A model generated the notes under the pieces. The model saw nothing but the letters and a program-made list of their open reading frames with translations. It was not told the DNA's origin and did no database searches. 64,000 bases of DNA from a bacterium (GTDB lineage Bacteria > UBA8248), in NCBI GenBank assembly GCA_965199855.1, contig OZ241326.1:1760001-1824000 (forward strand), in the 5' to 3' direction. The position numbers and the translations under genes are program-made. Shown here one piece after another: positions 40,469-49,707 of the stretch (its first letter is position 1; each line of letters begins with the position of its first letter).

Positions 40469-41443
40469 TTATGGCTGGATGCCGGCGGGGATTTCGTATC
40501 CCTTCTCTTTCCAATACCTCGCCGCTCCGGGATGGATTTTGAGGCCAATGGCGGCCATTTGCTCGAGGGCGGGGGCCACTTTGAACCCGGACAGCCAGCC
40601 CCGGTGCACCTTGGGCAGAAATTCGCGCCCGCGCTTCGAGAAATTGATGCGCGCCACCTCATACGCGATGGAAGCGGGCACGTGCGCGCCCACGGCCGTC
40701 CAGGCGGTGTAGCCGACCGTGGAAACGTCCTTGGCTACGCCATTGTATGAACCGGCCGGGATGTGGATGTTGAAATACGCCGGGCTGTCCTTCAGGAATT
40801 TCTCGAGCGTTGCGCCCGCAATGGGGAGAAGGCGAATCGGAGCGGCGGCGGCCGCCTTGACGAAAGCCGGCCCCGGGACGGGCAGGGGGATGGAAAACGC
40901 CTGAATGCGGTTGTCCTTCATCGCGTCGGCCAATGCGGCGAAGGGCATGTATTCCCTTCTCACCTTGAGGCCGGCGTGCTTTATGAGCCGGCTCGTCATG
41001 AAGTGCGCGTTCCCTCCCTTCCGGCCCGAACTGATGGCTTTTCCGTTCAAGTCCGCCAGGGATTCGATGCCGGAGTTGTGAAACGTGGCCATCTGAAACA
41101 TGGAGACGGTGGCGGGGCCCATGCCCCGGAGGTTCCGGTGCTTTTTCTTGTAGGGCTTTTTTCCGTTCAGGGCGCGCAGGACGAGTCCGGCGACCCCAAG
41201 TCCGAAGTCCGCTTTTCTGGCTTCGATGAGCCTGAGGTCCTCGACGGCGCCTCGCGTGGTCTTGTTCGACATCCGGACGGATTTCGATTTTTCCGACACA
41301 AGAGCGGCCAGTCCTCCATACATGACGTAGATGCTCGTGCCGGGCCCCGAGCCGACGACGGATACGTGCGTGGGCGCGGCGGAGGAGGCGCCCGGCAATG
41401 AAAATGAAATCAGCATGGCGGCTGCGGTTCGCGCGATTCGCAT
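40469..41443 (-). CDS. TAXI family TRAP transporter solute-binding subunit
   Basis: Signal peptide; G..G..Y..GG, T.GAVEDLRL, IPAGSY.G, HPGAARYWKE. Confidence 0.88.
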   Translation of the reverse strand: MRIARTAAAMLISFSLPGASSAAPTHVSVVGSGPGTSIYVMYGGLAALVSEKSKSVRMSNKTTRGAVEDLRLIEARKADFGLGVAGLVLRALNGKKPYKKKHRNLRGMGPATVSMFQMATFHNSGIESLADLNGKAISSGRKGGNAHFMTSRLIKHAGLKVRREYMPFAALADAMKDNRIQAFSIPLPVPGPAFVKAAAAAPIRLLPIAGATLEKFLKDSPAYFNIHIPAGSYNGVAKDVSTVGYTAWTAVGAHVPASIAYEVARINFSKRGREFLPKVHRGWLSGFKVAPALEQMAAIGLKIHPGAARYWKEKGYEIPAGIQP

Positions 41444-41547
41444 TTTCTTCTCCTGGATAGATTCAGACTGCAGGCGAATGAGCGGGGTTCGCTTCAGGGC
41501 GATGGCCCGAAAGAGGAACGAGGCCGCTCTTTCTCATAGGGGCTTCT

Positions 41548-42558
41548 CTATTTCGCGGCGGCGTTCTCCCTTAACGCGGAATAGTCCTCCGCGTAGTCGG
41601 GGGCCGGGGTGCTTCCCTGTCCTTGGATGATGTGGATTTTCCCCTCGGTTCTGTCCGCGTTTCGGAAGCCGCGCTGCACCCCGGCGGGAACCCAGCAGGC
41701 ATCCCAGGGGTCGAGAACGGCTTGCCGGAGCCTTTCGCGCTCATCCATCCAATAGACGACCCATCTGCCTTCGAGAGGGATGAAAAGCTCCTCGCAGGGA
41801 TGATCGTGAAGGGGCGCGCCGCGTCCGTTGCCGCATTCCACCATGGCGTATCCTATTTCCCCTTCGGACAGGGAGGGCGGCGGCCCCTCATCCGTATCGC
41901 CGGACACGCCCCCGATATAGCGCCTGAGAGAGCGCACTCCTTCCGGGAGCCGCGCCTCGTGATAGACGCTCCAGTTGCGGGGGCATTCCTCGAAGCGAAC
42001 CAGCTGGGTGGCCGGGTCGTAAGCGGGCTTTTTGACGTAAGGCTCCGTCCGGGCGCCGTCGGGGAGGCCCTCCCGCAGTGATTCATGGTAGCGGGGATAT
42101 TGATAGTCGCCTTGCCCATGGATGAAGTGAAGGAACCCGTCATGCCCGCCGACGTTTCTGAATCCGCGCATGACGCCCGAAGGGACGCGGATCAGATCGT
42201 ATTTGCCGAGTGTGACGCTTTGGGGGGCTTTCGTTTCGATGTTTTCCCAGTATATCTCGAATTCTCCTTCCCAGACCATGAAAATTTCCTCGTCCGGGTG
42301 ATCATGAAGCGGCGCGCCGTTTTGGGGAGGAGTCATGGCTACGCCGCAGGAGAAGTCCCATCCGGGAAGGGGAGAGCGGAGGATCTGGCCGGCGATTCCG
42401 CCGATATAGCGGTAAATCGCCCGATGATTCCCGTCGATGCGCGATTCGTGATATTCTCCCCAATCGGGAACCAGATCCGCAAAGCGGATGATTGTGACCG
42501 GCGCGACCGTCGTCTTTGGCCCGGGCGTCCGCCGGTTTGAATTTGCGGAAGCGTTCAT
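41548..42558 (-). CDS. Bicupin protein
   Basis: Two copies of GAPLHDH..EE.F....G and VP.GV.RGFRN. Confidence 0.85.
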   Translation of the reverse strand: MNASANSNRRTPGPKTTVAPVTIIRFADLVPDWGEYHESRIDGNHRAIYRYIGGIAGQILRSPLPGWDFSCGVAMTPPQNGAPLHDHPDEEIFMVWEGEFEIYWENIETKAPQSVTLGKYDLIRVPSGVMRGFRNVGGHDGFLHFIHGQGDYQYPRYHESLREGLPDGARTEPYVKKPAYDPATQLVRFEECPRNWSVYHEARLPEGVRSLRRYIGGVSGDTDEGPPPSLSEGEIGYAMVECGNGRGAPLHDHPCEELFIPLEGRWVVYWMDERERLRQAVLDPWDACWVPAGVQRGFRNADRTEGKIHIIQGQGSTPAPDYAEDYSALRENAAAK

Positions 42559-42698
42559 CTCCCATCCTCCCCACAGCGGATTTCGCCTTCCTCTTCCATA
42601 TGACGACGAGAATGATCATGCTACCATTTTCATCAGCGTATTTCCACGCCTGACTTCAGACTGATCGCCACGAAAGGGTTTTCGGGATACAGGGGAGC

Positions 42699-44375
42699 AT
42701 GATTTTGAAGAATCGCGTATGCGCGATGATGTTCGTTGTTCTGGGCGCTATTCCGGCCTTCGCTTTGGCGAAATCGGCGGATATCGTCCTGTTGAACGGA
42801 AAAGTCCTGACGGTTGACGCGAATTTTTCCACGCGGGAGGCGGTGGCAGTTCGGGGCGAACGCATTTTGGCCGTGGGGAGCAGCGCCCGGATTCGCCGCC
42901 TGGCGGATTCCCGGACGGAAGCAATCGATTTGAAGGGAAAAACCCTCATGCCGGGCCTGATTGACAACCACGTTCACTTCATCCGCCATGCGCTGCGCTG
43001 GGAGCATGAGGCGAGAATCGACGGGGTTGCTTCGCGCGCGAAGGCGCTCGCCATCATTGCCGCCAAGGCGAAGTCGATGAAGCCCGGGGAATGGGTGCTC
43101 ATCCTCGGAGGATGGAGCCCCGACCAGTTTCGGGATAAGCCGGGCCTGTTCACGAAGGAGGAGCTGAACAGGGCGTCGCCGGACAATCCGGTATTCATTC
43201 AGCAGTCCTACAGGCTCATGATTCTGAACAGCCTGGCTTTGAAAAGAGCGGGCATCCATGCAAATTCAAAAGCTCCCGGAGGCTGGCGCGTAGCGAGGAG
43301 CGATTCCGGCGAGCCCACGGGCGTTGTTTTCGGCCGTCGGGCCATTTTTCACTTCTGGCGCCGAGAACTGCCGGAAATCACGGAAGACAAAATCATCTCC
43401 GGGCTGAAAAAGCTGATGGCGGCGTTCAACCGCGCGGGCGTTACGAGCCTGCTCGAACTCGGCGGCGGCGGGGTGCGGGATGAAACCTACGCGCTGATCA
43501 GGCGAAGACTGGCCGGGAAGGGCGGCCTCACGGTAAGGATATTTCACACCCCCCGCTTTCGGGTCCGCACTCCCGAGGGAAACAGGAGGGTCATGGAGCG
43601 GATTCGGAGCTCCCGTCCCGACAAATCCGCGAAAATGATGGGCGAAATCGCCCTCGGGGAGCATCTGTATGCCCCCATTCACGATTCGCCGTTCCGGCCG
43701 CCCCGCGCCTCGGACGAGGACTATGGCGAATTCGCAAAAGCGGCCGAGGCGGCCGCCGAAGGCGGATGGACGATTCACGAGCACGCCTTTCGGGATGAGA
43801 CGATCACGCGCTATCTCGACATATTCGAGAGAATCAACGAGAGAAGGGACGTCGCGCGGCTGCGCTGGGCGCTCCATCACGCGGATTTCATCTCGAAGCC
43901 GAACGTCGCCCGCGCCAGGGCGCTCGGCATGACCCTGGCGTTGCACAGCAAGATGACGATTCTGGGCTCCGCGCTCAGGCGGAGACTGGGCGAACGGGCG
44001 CTTTCCCTGCCTTCGCTGCGGACGGTTCAGAACAGCGGAATCGTCTGGGGGCTCGGCACGGACGCGGGCGTCGTGGCCCCGTATCCGCCCATGCTCTCCC
44101 TCTGGTGGGCCGTAACGGGCATGGGGCTGGACGGGAAAAGGGCGCTTTCGCAGGCCGAGACCGTTTCCAGAAAAGACGCTCTGATAGCCCATACGAGGTC
44201 GAACGCCTATCTGCTTTTCAAGGAAAGCGAGCTGGGCTCCGTTGAAGAGGGAAAACTGGCCGACCTCGTCGTCCTCGACCGCGACTACATGACGACGCCC
44301 GCGGAGAGCGTCAAGGACATCAAACCCCTGCTCACGATGGTCGGCGGACGGGTGGTGTTCCGCGAGGGCCTGTAG
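42699..44375 (+). CDS. Secreted amidohydrolase (YtcJ-like, Amidohydro_3)
   Basis: Signal peptide; PGLIDNHVH, HA, HHA, GTD, GKLADLVVLD. Confidence 0.9.
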   Translation: MILKNRVCAMMFVVLGAIPAFALAKSADIVLLNGKVLTVDANFSTREAVAVRGERILAVGSSARIRRLADSRTEAIDLKGKTLMPGLIDNHVHFIRHALRWEHEARIDGVASRAKALAIIAAKAKSMKPGEWVLILGGWSPDQFRDKPGLFTKEELNRASPDNPVFIQQSYRLMILNSLALKRAGIHANSKAPGGWRVARSDSGEPTGVVFGRRAIFHFWRRELPEITEDKIISGLKKLMAAFNRAGVTSLLELGGGGVRDETYALIRRRLAGKGGLTVRIFHTPRFRVRTPEGNRRVMERIRSSRPDKSAKMMGEIALGEHLYAPIHDSPFRPPRASDEDYGEFAKAAEAAAEGGWTIHEHAFRDETITRYLDIFERINERRDVARLRWALHHADFISKPNVARARALGMTLALHSKMTILGSALRRRLGERALSLPSLRTVQNSGIVWGLGTDAGVVAPYPPMLSLWWAVTGMGLDGKRALSQAETVSRKDALIAHTRSNAYLLFKESELGSVEEGKLADLVVLDRDYMTTPAESVKDIKPLLTMVGGRVVFREGL

Positions 44376-44539
44376 AATCGCCCCGAGCTCCGCGCGCCTG
44401 AATTTCAGCGGGCTGGGCGCGCCGCCCGAAACCGGAAAATTCACTTTGACCGCAAGAATCGGATAGAAAGCCTCCCCGCGCCGCGCCTATATTGCGGAAG
44501 AACGGAGCAGGCGCCATGTCTTTTTCGGGAGGGCGGGAG

Positions 44540-45622
44540 ATGAGCGTGGACGCGAGATGGGAAGCGGTTCTGAGACGGGACGCGAGGGCGGACGGACGCT
44601 TCGTCTATGCCGTCCTCTCCACGGGGATTTATTGCCGTCCCTCGTGCGCGAGCAGGAAGCCCGCGAGAAAGAACGTCGTCCTGTTCGAGTTCCCGGAGAT
44701 GGCCGAGGCGCGGGGGTTCCGGCCCTGTCGGAGGTGCGCGCCGCAGGAGAGCGGATACGATCCCCGGCTCGACAAGGTGCGGCGCGCGATTCTCCGCATC
44801 GAGGAGCGCGCGGATGAGGACCCGACGCTCGCGGAGCTGGGGCGCGCCGTGGGGCTGAGTCCCCATCACCTCCAGCGAACCTTCAAGAAGGCGCTGGGCG
44901 TGAGCCCCCGCCAGTATCTCGAATCGCTCAAGATGCGGAAATACAAGGACTTGCTCAAGAACGGGCGGAGACCCGCCGACGCCTGCTACGAGGCGGGCTA
45001 CGGCTCGAGCAGACGCGCCTACGAGCGCGCGGCCGACCGCATGGGCATGACGCCGGCGACCTATCGGAAGGGCGGGGCGGGCGTTTCGATTCGCTACGGA
45101 ATCACGCGGTGCCGGCTGGGTCGGGCGCTGGTGGCGGCGACCGAAAAGGGGGTGTGCCGCGTGAGCGTGGGCGACGCGAACGAGGAGCTCATCCGCGATC
45201 TGAAAAACGAGTTTCCCCGCGCGAATCTGCGGCGAGGCGATGAAGAGTTAAAGGAATACCTGAAGGCTGTCAGGGACGCCGCCCGGGGCGAGGCGCCGCC
45301 CGAATCCCTGCCGATTGACGCGCGCGCCACCGCCTTCCAGCGCCGCGTATGGGATCGGCTCAGGACCATTCCCCTCGGCGATACAATGACTTACAAGGAG
45401 ATCGCCGCCGACCTGGGCCTGCCGAAAGGCGCGCGGGCGGTGGGGCGGGCGTGCGCCCTGAACCCGACGGCCCTGCTCGTTCCCTGCCATCGGGCGGTTC
45501 GGGAGGACGGCGGGCTGGCGGGCTACCGCTGGGGCGTGGAGCGCAAACGGAAGCTTCTGGGTATCGAGAGGAAAATCCATAAAAATCAATCTGTTGTGAT
45601 TGATAATCAAGAATCCGATTGA
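44540..45622 (+). CDS. ada: Bifunctional transcriptional activator / O6-methylguanine-DNA methyltransferase Ada
   Basis: Zn domain TGIYCRPSC...RPCRRC, AraC HTH, PCHR active site, GYRWG. Confidence 0.95.
   Translation: MSVDARWEAVLRRDARADGRFVYAVLSTGIYCRPSCASRKPARKNVVLFEFPEMAEARGFRPCRRCAPQESGYDPRLDKVRRAILRIEERADEDPTLAELGRAVGLSPHHLQRTFKKALGVSPRQYLESLKMRKYKDLLKNGRRPADACYEAGYGSSRRAYERAADRMGMTPATYRKGGAGVSIRYGITRCRLGRALVAATEKGVCRVSVGDANEELIRDLKNEFPRANLRRGDEELKEYLKAVRDAARGEAPPESLPIDARATAFQRRVWDRLRTIPLGDTMTYKEIAADLGLPKGARAVGRACALNPTALLVPCHRAVREDGGLAGYRWGVERKRKLLGIERKIHKNQSVVIDNQESD
45584..45596 (+). promoter_or_regulatory. IHF-consensus site
   Basis: AATCAATCTGTTG matches WATCAANNNNTTR, preceded by an A-rich tract. 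Confidence 0.45.
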
Positions 45623-45713
45623 AGCGCGGAAATCCTCTCGGCCCGGCGTTTCCGGCGCGCCTGACGCGAGGCGGACGAACGACATGGCCGCCTCCGCCCC
45701 GCCCGAAGCGTTC

Positions 45714-45797
45714 GGGAATTTGTCGAAAAAGGTCGTGAATTTGTCGGATAAAGCCGTGAATTTGTCTGAAATGGCCTGGAATTTGTCTGAAAACCGG
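45714..45797. repeat. 21-bp period tandem repeat (GAATTTGTC core) x4
   Basis: Units start at 45714, 45735, 45756, 45777. Confidence 0.85.
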
Positions 45798-45948
45798 AAG
45801 GCCCGCCGCTCGCCCCGGCGCGATGGGAATATAGGGCGTCTCCCTCCCGAAAGCAAGGGTTTTTTGAAAAAATTTCGCCCGCCGGTCTCATGCGAAAAAT
45901 TCTCGCGGGGCGGGTTCGCGCCGGAACCCGCGAGAGACGCATCACATC

Positions 45949-46117
45949 GTAGGGACAAAACCCCGCGCCTGTCCTCCGTTGTCTTTTGCCGGCCCTTCCG
46001 GGGAGGGGTTTCGCAGGGACGGTTCGGGAACCGCCCGACCCCGGCCGCCCGCGCGGGAACGGGGCGGGGGGACAGGTCGCGATCTGTCCCTACTATGTCG
46101 CGATCTGTCCCTACTAT
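45949..46117. repeat. GTAG-type REP mosaic at left end of R-M locus
   Basis: GTAGGGAC..GTCC + spacer + GCAGGGACGGTTCGGGAACCGCCC; spacer nearly identical to the one in 49617-49707; ends in a 21-bp duplication GTCGCGATCTGTCCCTACTAT. Confidence 0.8.
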
Positions 46118-46129
46118 GAGATTCACCCC

Positions 46130-47509
46130 CTACGCCGTCTCTCCCGTCTCCTTCGCCAGCCATTCGCGCGCGGCCTCCTCGTTCTCCTCGATGGCGATTT
46201 CCACCGCGCGCTTCGCGCGTTCGAGCAGGCGCCCGGATTCCGCCCGCAGGCGGAAGGATTCGACCGCCATCCGCCGGATTTCCGCCTGGGTCTCCCGGGG
46301 GAGAATGGGGAGGACAATCTTGGCGAGTTCGTCCTTGCCGATTGCGGTGAGAATGGTGCCCCGGCATCCCTTCTCGAGCTGCATCTGGCCCGCCGCGCTT
46401 TTCAACAGGACGAGCAGGGTTTCCGGGTTGATCGCCTCCGAGCGGACGACGTGAAAACCCGTGGAGCAAAGCCCCTTGTCGTATTCGTCATGTATCAAGG
46501 CGACGCTCTCAAGCGAACCCTCTATGGAGGAGACGATCACGTCTCCGGCGGAAACCTGGCGTCTCGCTCTCGTCGGCAGGTCTCGGCCCTTCTCCGCCGT
46601 GCAGCCGGTTATCTCTCCGTTGGCTCCGATGTCGGCGAGTTCGATGTATTTGTATTCCCGTCCGGCTTCGGGCTGGTAATTCCGCGCTTTGAGATTCGCC
46701 AGATTCCCCAGCGCGTCCCACCCGCCGGGGCAGGCTTTGACGGCGTTGATGATCTCGTCGTATTTCGGCTGGAAGTAATCCGCGTCGAAGCGCTCCGCCT
46801 CCCTGACCTCGGCGTAGTCCCTGACGAACCAGAGCCGATCCTCGGGCATCCAGCCGGCGAGACCGAGAGAGGAGAGGAGGAGGCTTTCGGCGCGGGAGTA
46901 GGCGTTTTGGGCGTCATCCATTCGGGAAATGGAATTTCTGACGCTTTCGGCGATTTGCGCTCCAAACCGCGGGCCTGGAACCAGCAGGGGAATATCCAGG
47001 ACGTCCCTGTTTGAAACGGCTGGATACATGCTCGCCTTGTCCGCTCTCATCAAGCAGGTGACAAAGTAGTCGGTCTTGCAGAAAGCCAGGAGATATTCGG
47101 CGGCTATATCGGGGGTTGCTCTCAAAACCGACAGGCCGCTGCTGCCCACGATTCCATCGTCTCTGATGAGCGCGACCGCGTTTCTGTTCGGTCGAACAGT
47201 GGAAACGGCAACGTCGTTTTTCTTCAGGATATGGTGGGCGCGGTCGGGTTCCTCGCCGACTTCGACCCTTGTCGTTCCGTATTCGCAGTTGCTCAGGGAA
47301 ATTCCGGAGATTTCCAGATACTTGAAGCCTCTGCCCAGGGGAGATGACTTGATGTTGGAAACGTCTCGCCTTGTAAGGTCCCGGATTTTGGGGTTGTCGC
47401 GGGAAACGAGCCTGCTGTTTTCAATAAAATCCGGGCGCCAGTATTCCGCGTCGATTCTAGCGTCTGGAGAATTGCGGACTTCCGAGAATTGAACGATCGA
47501 ATACCGCAT
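46130..47509 (-). CDS. Restriction-modification specificity (S) subunit
   Basis: Two related halves (RIDAEYWRP / RFDADYFQP; KYLEISGI / KYIELADI; PDRA / PTRA), each followed by a helical spacer, as in two-TRD S subunits. Confidence 0.88.
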   Translation of the reverse strand: MRYSIVQFSEVRNSPDARIDAEYWRPDFIENSRLVSRDNPKIRDLTRRDVSNIKSSPLGRGFKYLEISGISLSNCEYGTTRVEVGEEPDRAHHILKKNDVAVSTVRPNRNAVALIRDDGIVGSSGLSVLRATPDIAAEYLLAFCKTDYFVTCLMRADKASMYPAVSNRDVLDIPLLVPGPRFGAQIAESVRNSISRMDDAQNAYSRAESLLLSSLGLAGWMPEDRLWFVRDYAEVREAERFDADYFQPKYDEIINAVKACPGGWDALGNLANLKARNYQPEAGREYKYIELADIGANGEITGCTAEKGRDLPTRARRQVSAGDVIVSSIEGSLESVALIHDEYDKGLCSTGFHVVRSEAINPETLLVLLKSAAGQMQLEKGCRGTILTAIGKDELAKIVLPILPRETQAEIRRMAVESFRLRAESGRLLERAKRAVEIAIEENEEAAREWLAKETGETA

Positions 47510-47544
47510 GCTCGTTATCTTTGTGATGCTCGTTTTGGGGGAAG

Positions 47545-48606
47545 TTATTCCGTGCTTTCATCTTCTTCTGGAGGATTCAGCAAACCCAACTTGAATCCCT
47601 TTTTTTGCGCCAGGAACAGTTGCTTGTTTAAGTCGTCAATGGCTTTTTTCCGCTTAAACCTTTCGAGCTCTTCCTTTTTGCGTTTTTGGGTTTCAGCATC
47701 ATCCTCGTCCGATGCCTCTTCCGGCTCTTCTATCTCGGGGGTTTTGATTTCCGCCTGAACTCCGTTTTCGAGATGCTTTGTAAGTTCGCCAATCAATTTC
47801 TTTAGTCTGGTTTTGCCTTCATCGGTATTGACGGGTAATTTTTCTAATAGTTCACCAAGCATTTCTTCTTTCTGTTCCTTCAGCTCTTCGTCTATATTTT
47901 TATCCATTTCTTCTTTGCGGCTCTTTTTGAAATTCCCATACCGATCTTTGACGTTCTCAAATATTTGCGTCACTGCATACATTCGGAGAAGGTGATCGAT
48001 AACATTGCCTAACTGCTCTGCAAGTAATGGCACGACCTCAATAAATATATCCATTGAGCCATTATTCACGGAGACAATTCTGGGAGGGCTTGCATTCTGA
48101 TCTTTGGAATTCAGCTCTTGAAGAAGAGTTTTTATATCTTTAAGGAAATTCTCCAGCTCATTCAAATCTTGATACTTCCCTGGGAGGGACAAGACAAATT
48201 GATATATTTCTTTGGTTTGTTCTTCTTTTACTTTTAGTTGTTGGAGCAATGCCTGCAGGTTTCGTATTTTTTCAACCAATCTCTCCCGTGTAGCGACAAA
48301 TTCACCAAGTTGATTTGGAACGGCAAAGCCGGTGGATTCAAGTATCTTGCTCAAGGTTTCTATTGATTCCAGATCAAAATAGCCTCGTATGCCGATTCCT
48401 CCTAGCATACGAAGATCGCTGTTGACGAAATTGCTTATTTCAGAATGTTCGATAGCTTGAGATATTGTTTCTTGTGCGACTTTTAAGGAATCAGGATCAT
48501 TTGACGCATAAAACGATGTTATTTCATTAAAATGACGTTGTAGATCATGCCTGTTCTCAATGCGAAGAATAAGGTTTATCTTGTGCAGTATTTTTCGGAC
48601 GTCCAT
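47545..48606 (-). CDS. Hypothetical low-GC protein inside the R-M locus
   Basis: ~353-aa open frame with GGAGG RBS; helical and charged; SVNNGSMDI motif; strongly AT-rich. Confidence 0.75.
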   Translation of the reverse strand: MDVRKILHKINLILRIENRHDLQRHFNEITSFYASNDPDSLKVAQETISQAIEHSEISNFVNSDLRMLGGIGIRGYFDLESIETLSKILESTGFAVPNQLGEFVATRERLVEKIRNLQALLQQLKVKEEQTKEIYQFVLSLPGKYQDLNELENFLKDIKTLLQELNSKDQNASPPRIVSVNNGSMDIFIEVVPLLAEQLGNVIDHLLRMYAVTQIFENVKDRYGNFKKSRKEEMDKNIDEELKEQKEEMLGELLEKLPVNTDEGKTRLKKLIGELTKHLENGVQAEIKTPEIEEPEEASDEDDAETQKRKKEELERFKRKKAIDDLNKQLFLAQKKGFKLGLLNPPEEDESTE

Positions 48607-48701
48607 TTTGTTCACCCTCCCCAAATCTCAAATTTCACTCTTCATTCAATAAACGAATTGAACAATCAGGGCAACCTGTTCGCCCGTTCGCCTTCTTACC
48701 C

Positions 48702-48835
48702 CCAGAAGCTCAAGCCCTCGCTCTTCGCCCACCCGATGAATCCCTCGGCGATGCCGTCCGGCAATTCGCCGTCGTGGTTGTGCAGGTCGTGCTCGACGAT
48801 GAGGTGCCCGTTCCTGTCGAGCTTCTCCCGCCCGC
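48702..48835. repeat. Second copy of the 3' end of the REase-MTase gene (direct repeat of 49713-49846)
   Basis: ~134 bp with a handful of mismatches; in the MTase frame reads ...GREKLDRNGHLIVEHDLHNHDGELPDGIAEGFIGWAKSEGLSFWG*. Confidence 0.92.
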
Positions 48836-49090
48836 GCTGGGTTGTCCCTGCGCCCTCCTTGTCGCGCGCCTCGCCCCTCCGTCCGGTTCGCGGGGTTGTG
48901 CGCGTCCGATGTCCATTTCAACGGGTTGCTCCGGACGTATTCGCGGATGCCGCTCATGTCCGCCTCGTCCCGGATGACGCGATCGTGGAAGGAGCGTTGC
49001 CATGGTTTCGTTCCGGGCATGTCCCGATATATGTTGATTCGTTTGGTAGATACCGTTTTGAACGCTCCGATTAAACGGCCCAACGGTTTC

Positions 49091-49118
49091 GTAGGGGCGG
49101 TTCGCGAACCGCCCCTAC
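49091..49118. repeat. Perfect REP palindrome inside the RAYT gene
   Basis: GTAGGGGCGGTTCGCGAACCGCCCCTAC, identical to 49680-49707. Confidence 0.92.
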
Positions 49119-49529
49119 GGATATTACCGCCCGCCCGGGCGTCGTGAATGATCAAAACGCCATGCAAATGATTCGGCATGAGCGCCCATTCGTCGAGCTC
49201 CACATAATCGTATTGCCTGCCGAGCCATTCCCATGATTCGGCGACGATGCGCCCCTCTTCGTTCATGTTCATTTCGCCACCCACGATATCGCCGAACCGG
49301 TTTATCCTGCCCTGCGCGCAAATCGTCACGAAATATCCCCCGGCCCGGGAATAATCATGCGCTTTCAGTCTGTTCGCCCTGCGGTTTCTCGTTTCCAAAG
49401 CCTCGGCCCCTCGCCCGCTCGACAGACGCGCCGCCTGATTCCGTCAGTGCTTTGGTTGCCTTCGCCTCCGTGATTCTCCGTTTCCCGATGAGGCCGCAGG
49501 GAGAGGCCTCCCGCGCCCGTCCTTCCCGC

Positions 49530-49707
49530 AAACGGACAACCACAGGGGGCGTCCCTGCAAAACCCGCCCACGGGGCGTTGCCCCTGTGGTTTCATCTTCC
49601 GCCGCCTCCGCCTTCGTAGGGACGACCCCCTGTGGTCGTCCTCCGTTGTCTTTCGCCGGCCCTTCCGGGGAGGGGTTTCGTAGGGGCGGTTCGCGAACCG
49701 CCCCTAC
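49530..49707. repeat. GTAG-type REP mosaic between RAYT and MTase
   Basis: GGACAACCACAGGGGG.GTCCCT, GTAGGGACGACCCCCTGTGGTCGTCC and the perfect 28-bp palindrome. Confidence 0.85.

Larger units (their letters stand above)
48646..49398 (-). mobile_element. REP-associated tyrosine transposase (RAYT/TnpA-REP, Y1 HUH family)
   Basis: RL..HDYS..G.YFVTIC, MPNHLHG (HUH), WQRSFHDRVIR, YVRSNP; conserved part ends ~48890 and the frame reads on into the duplicated MTase DNA. Confidence 0.9.

Noticed and set aside
45600-46126. ORFs spanning the ada-to-S-subunit intergenic region
   Set aside because: Low-complexity Arg/Pro/Gly translations of repeat DNA with no family motifs
48646-49398. IS200/IS605 insertion sequence
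   Set aside because: No tnpB; the sequence motifs and the GTAG palindromes point to a RAYT rather than an IS200 TnpA
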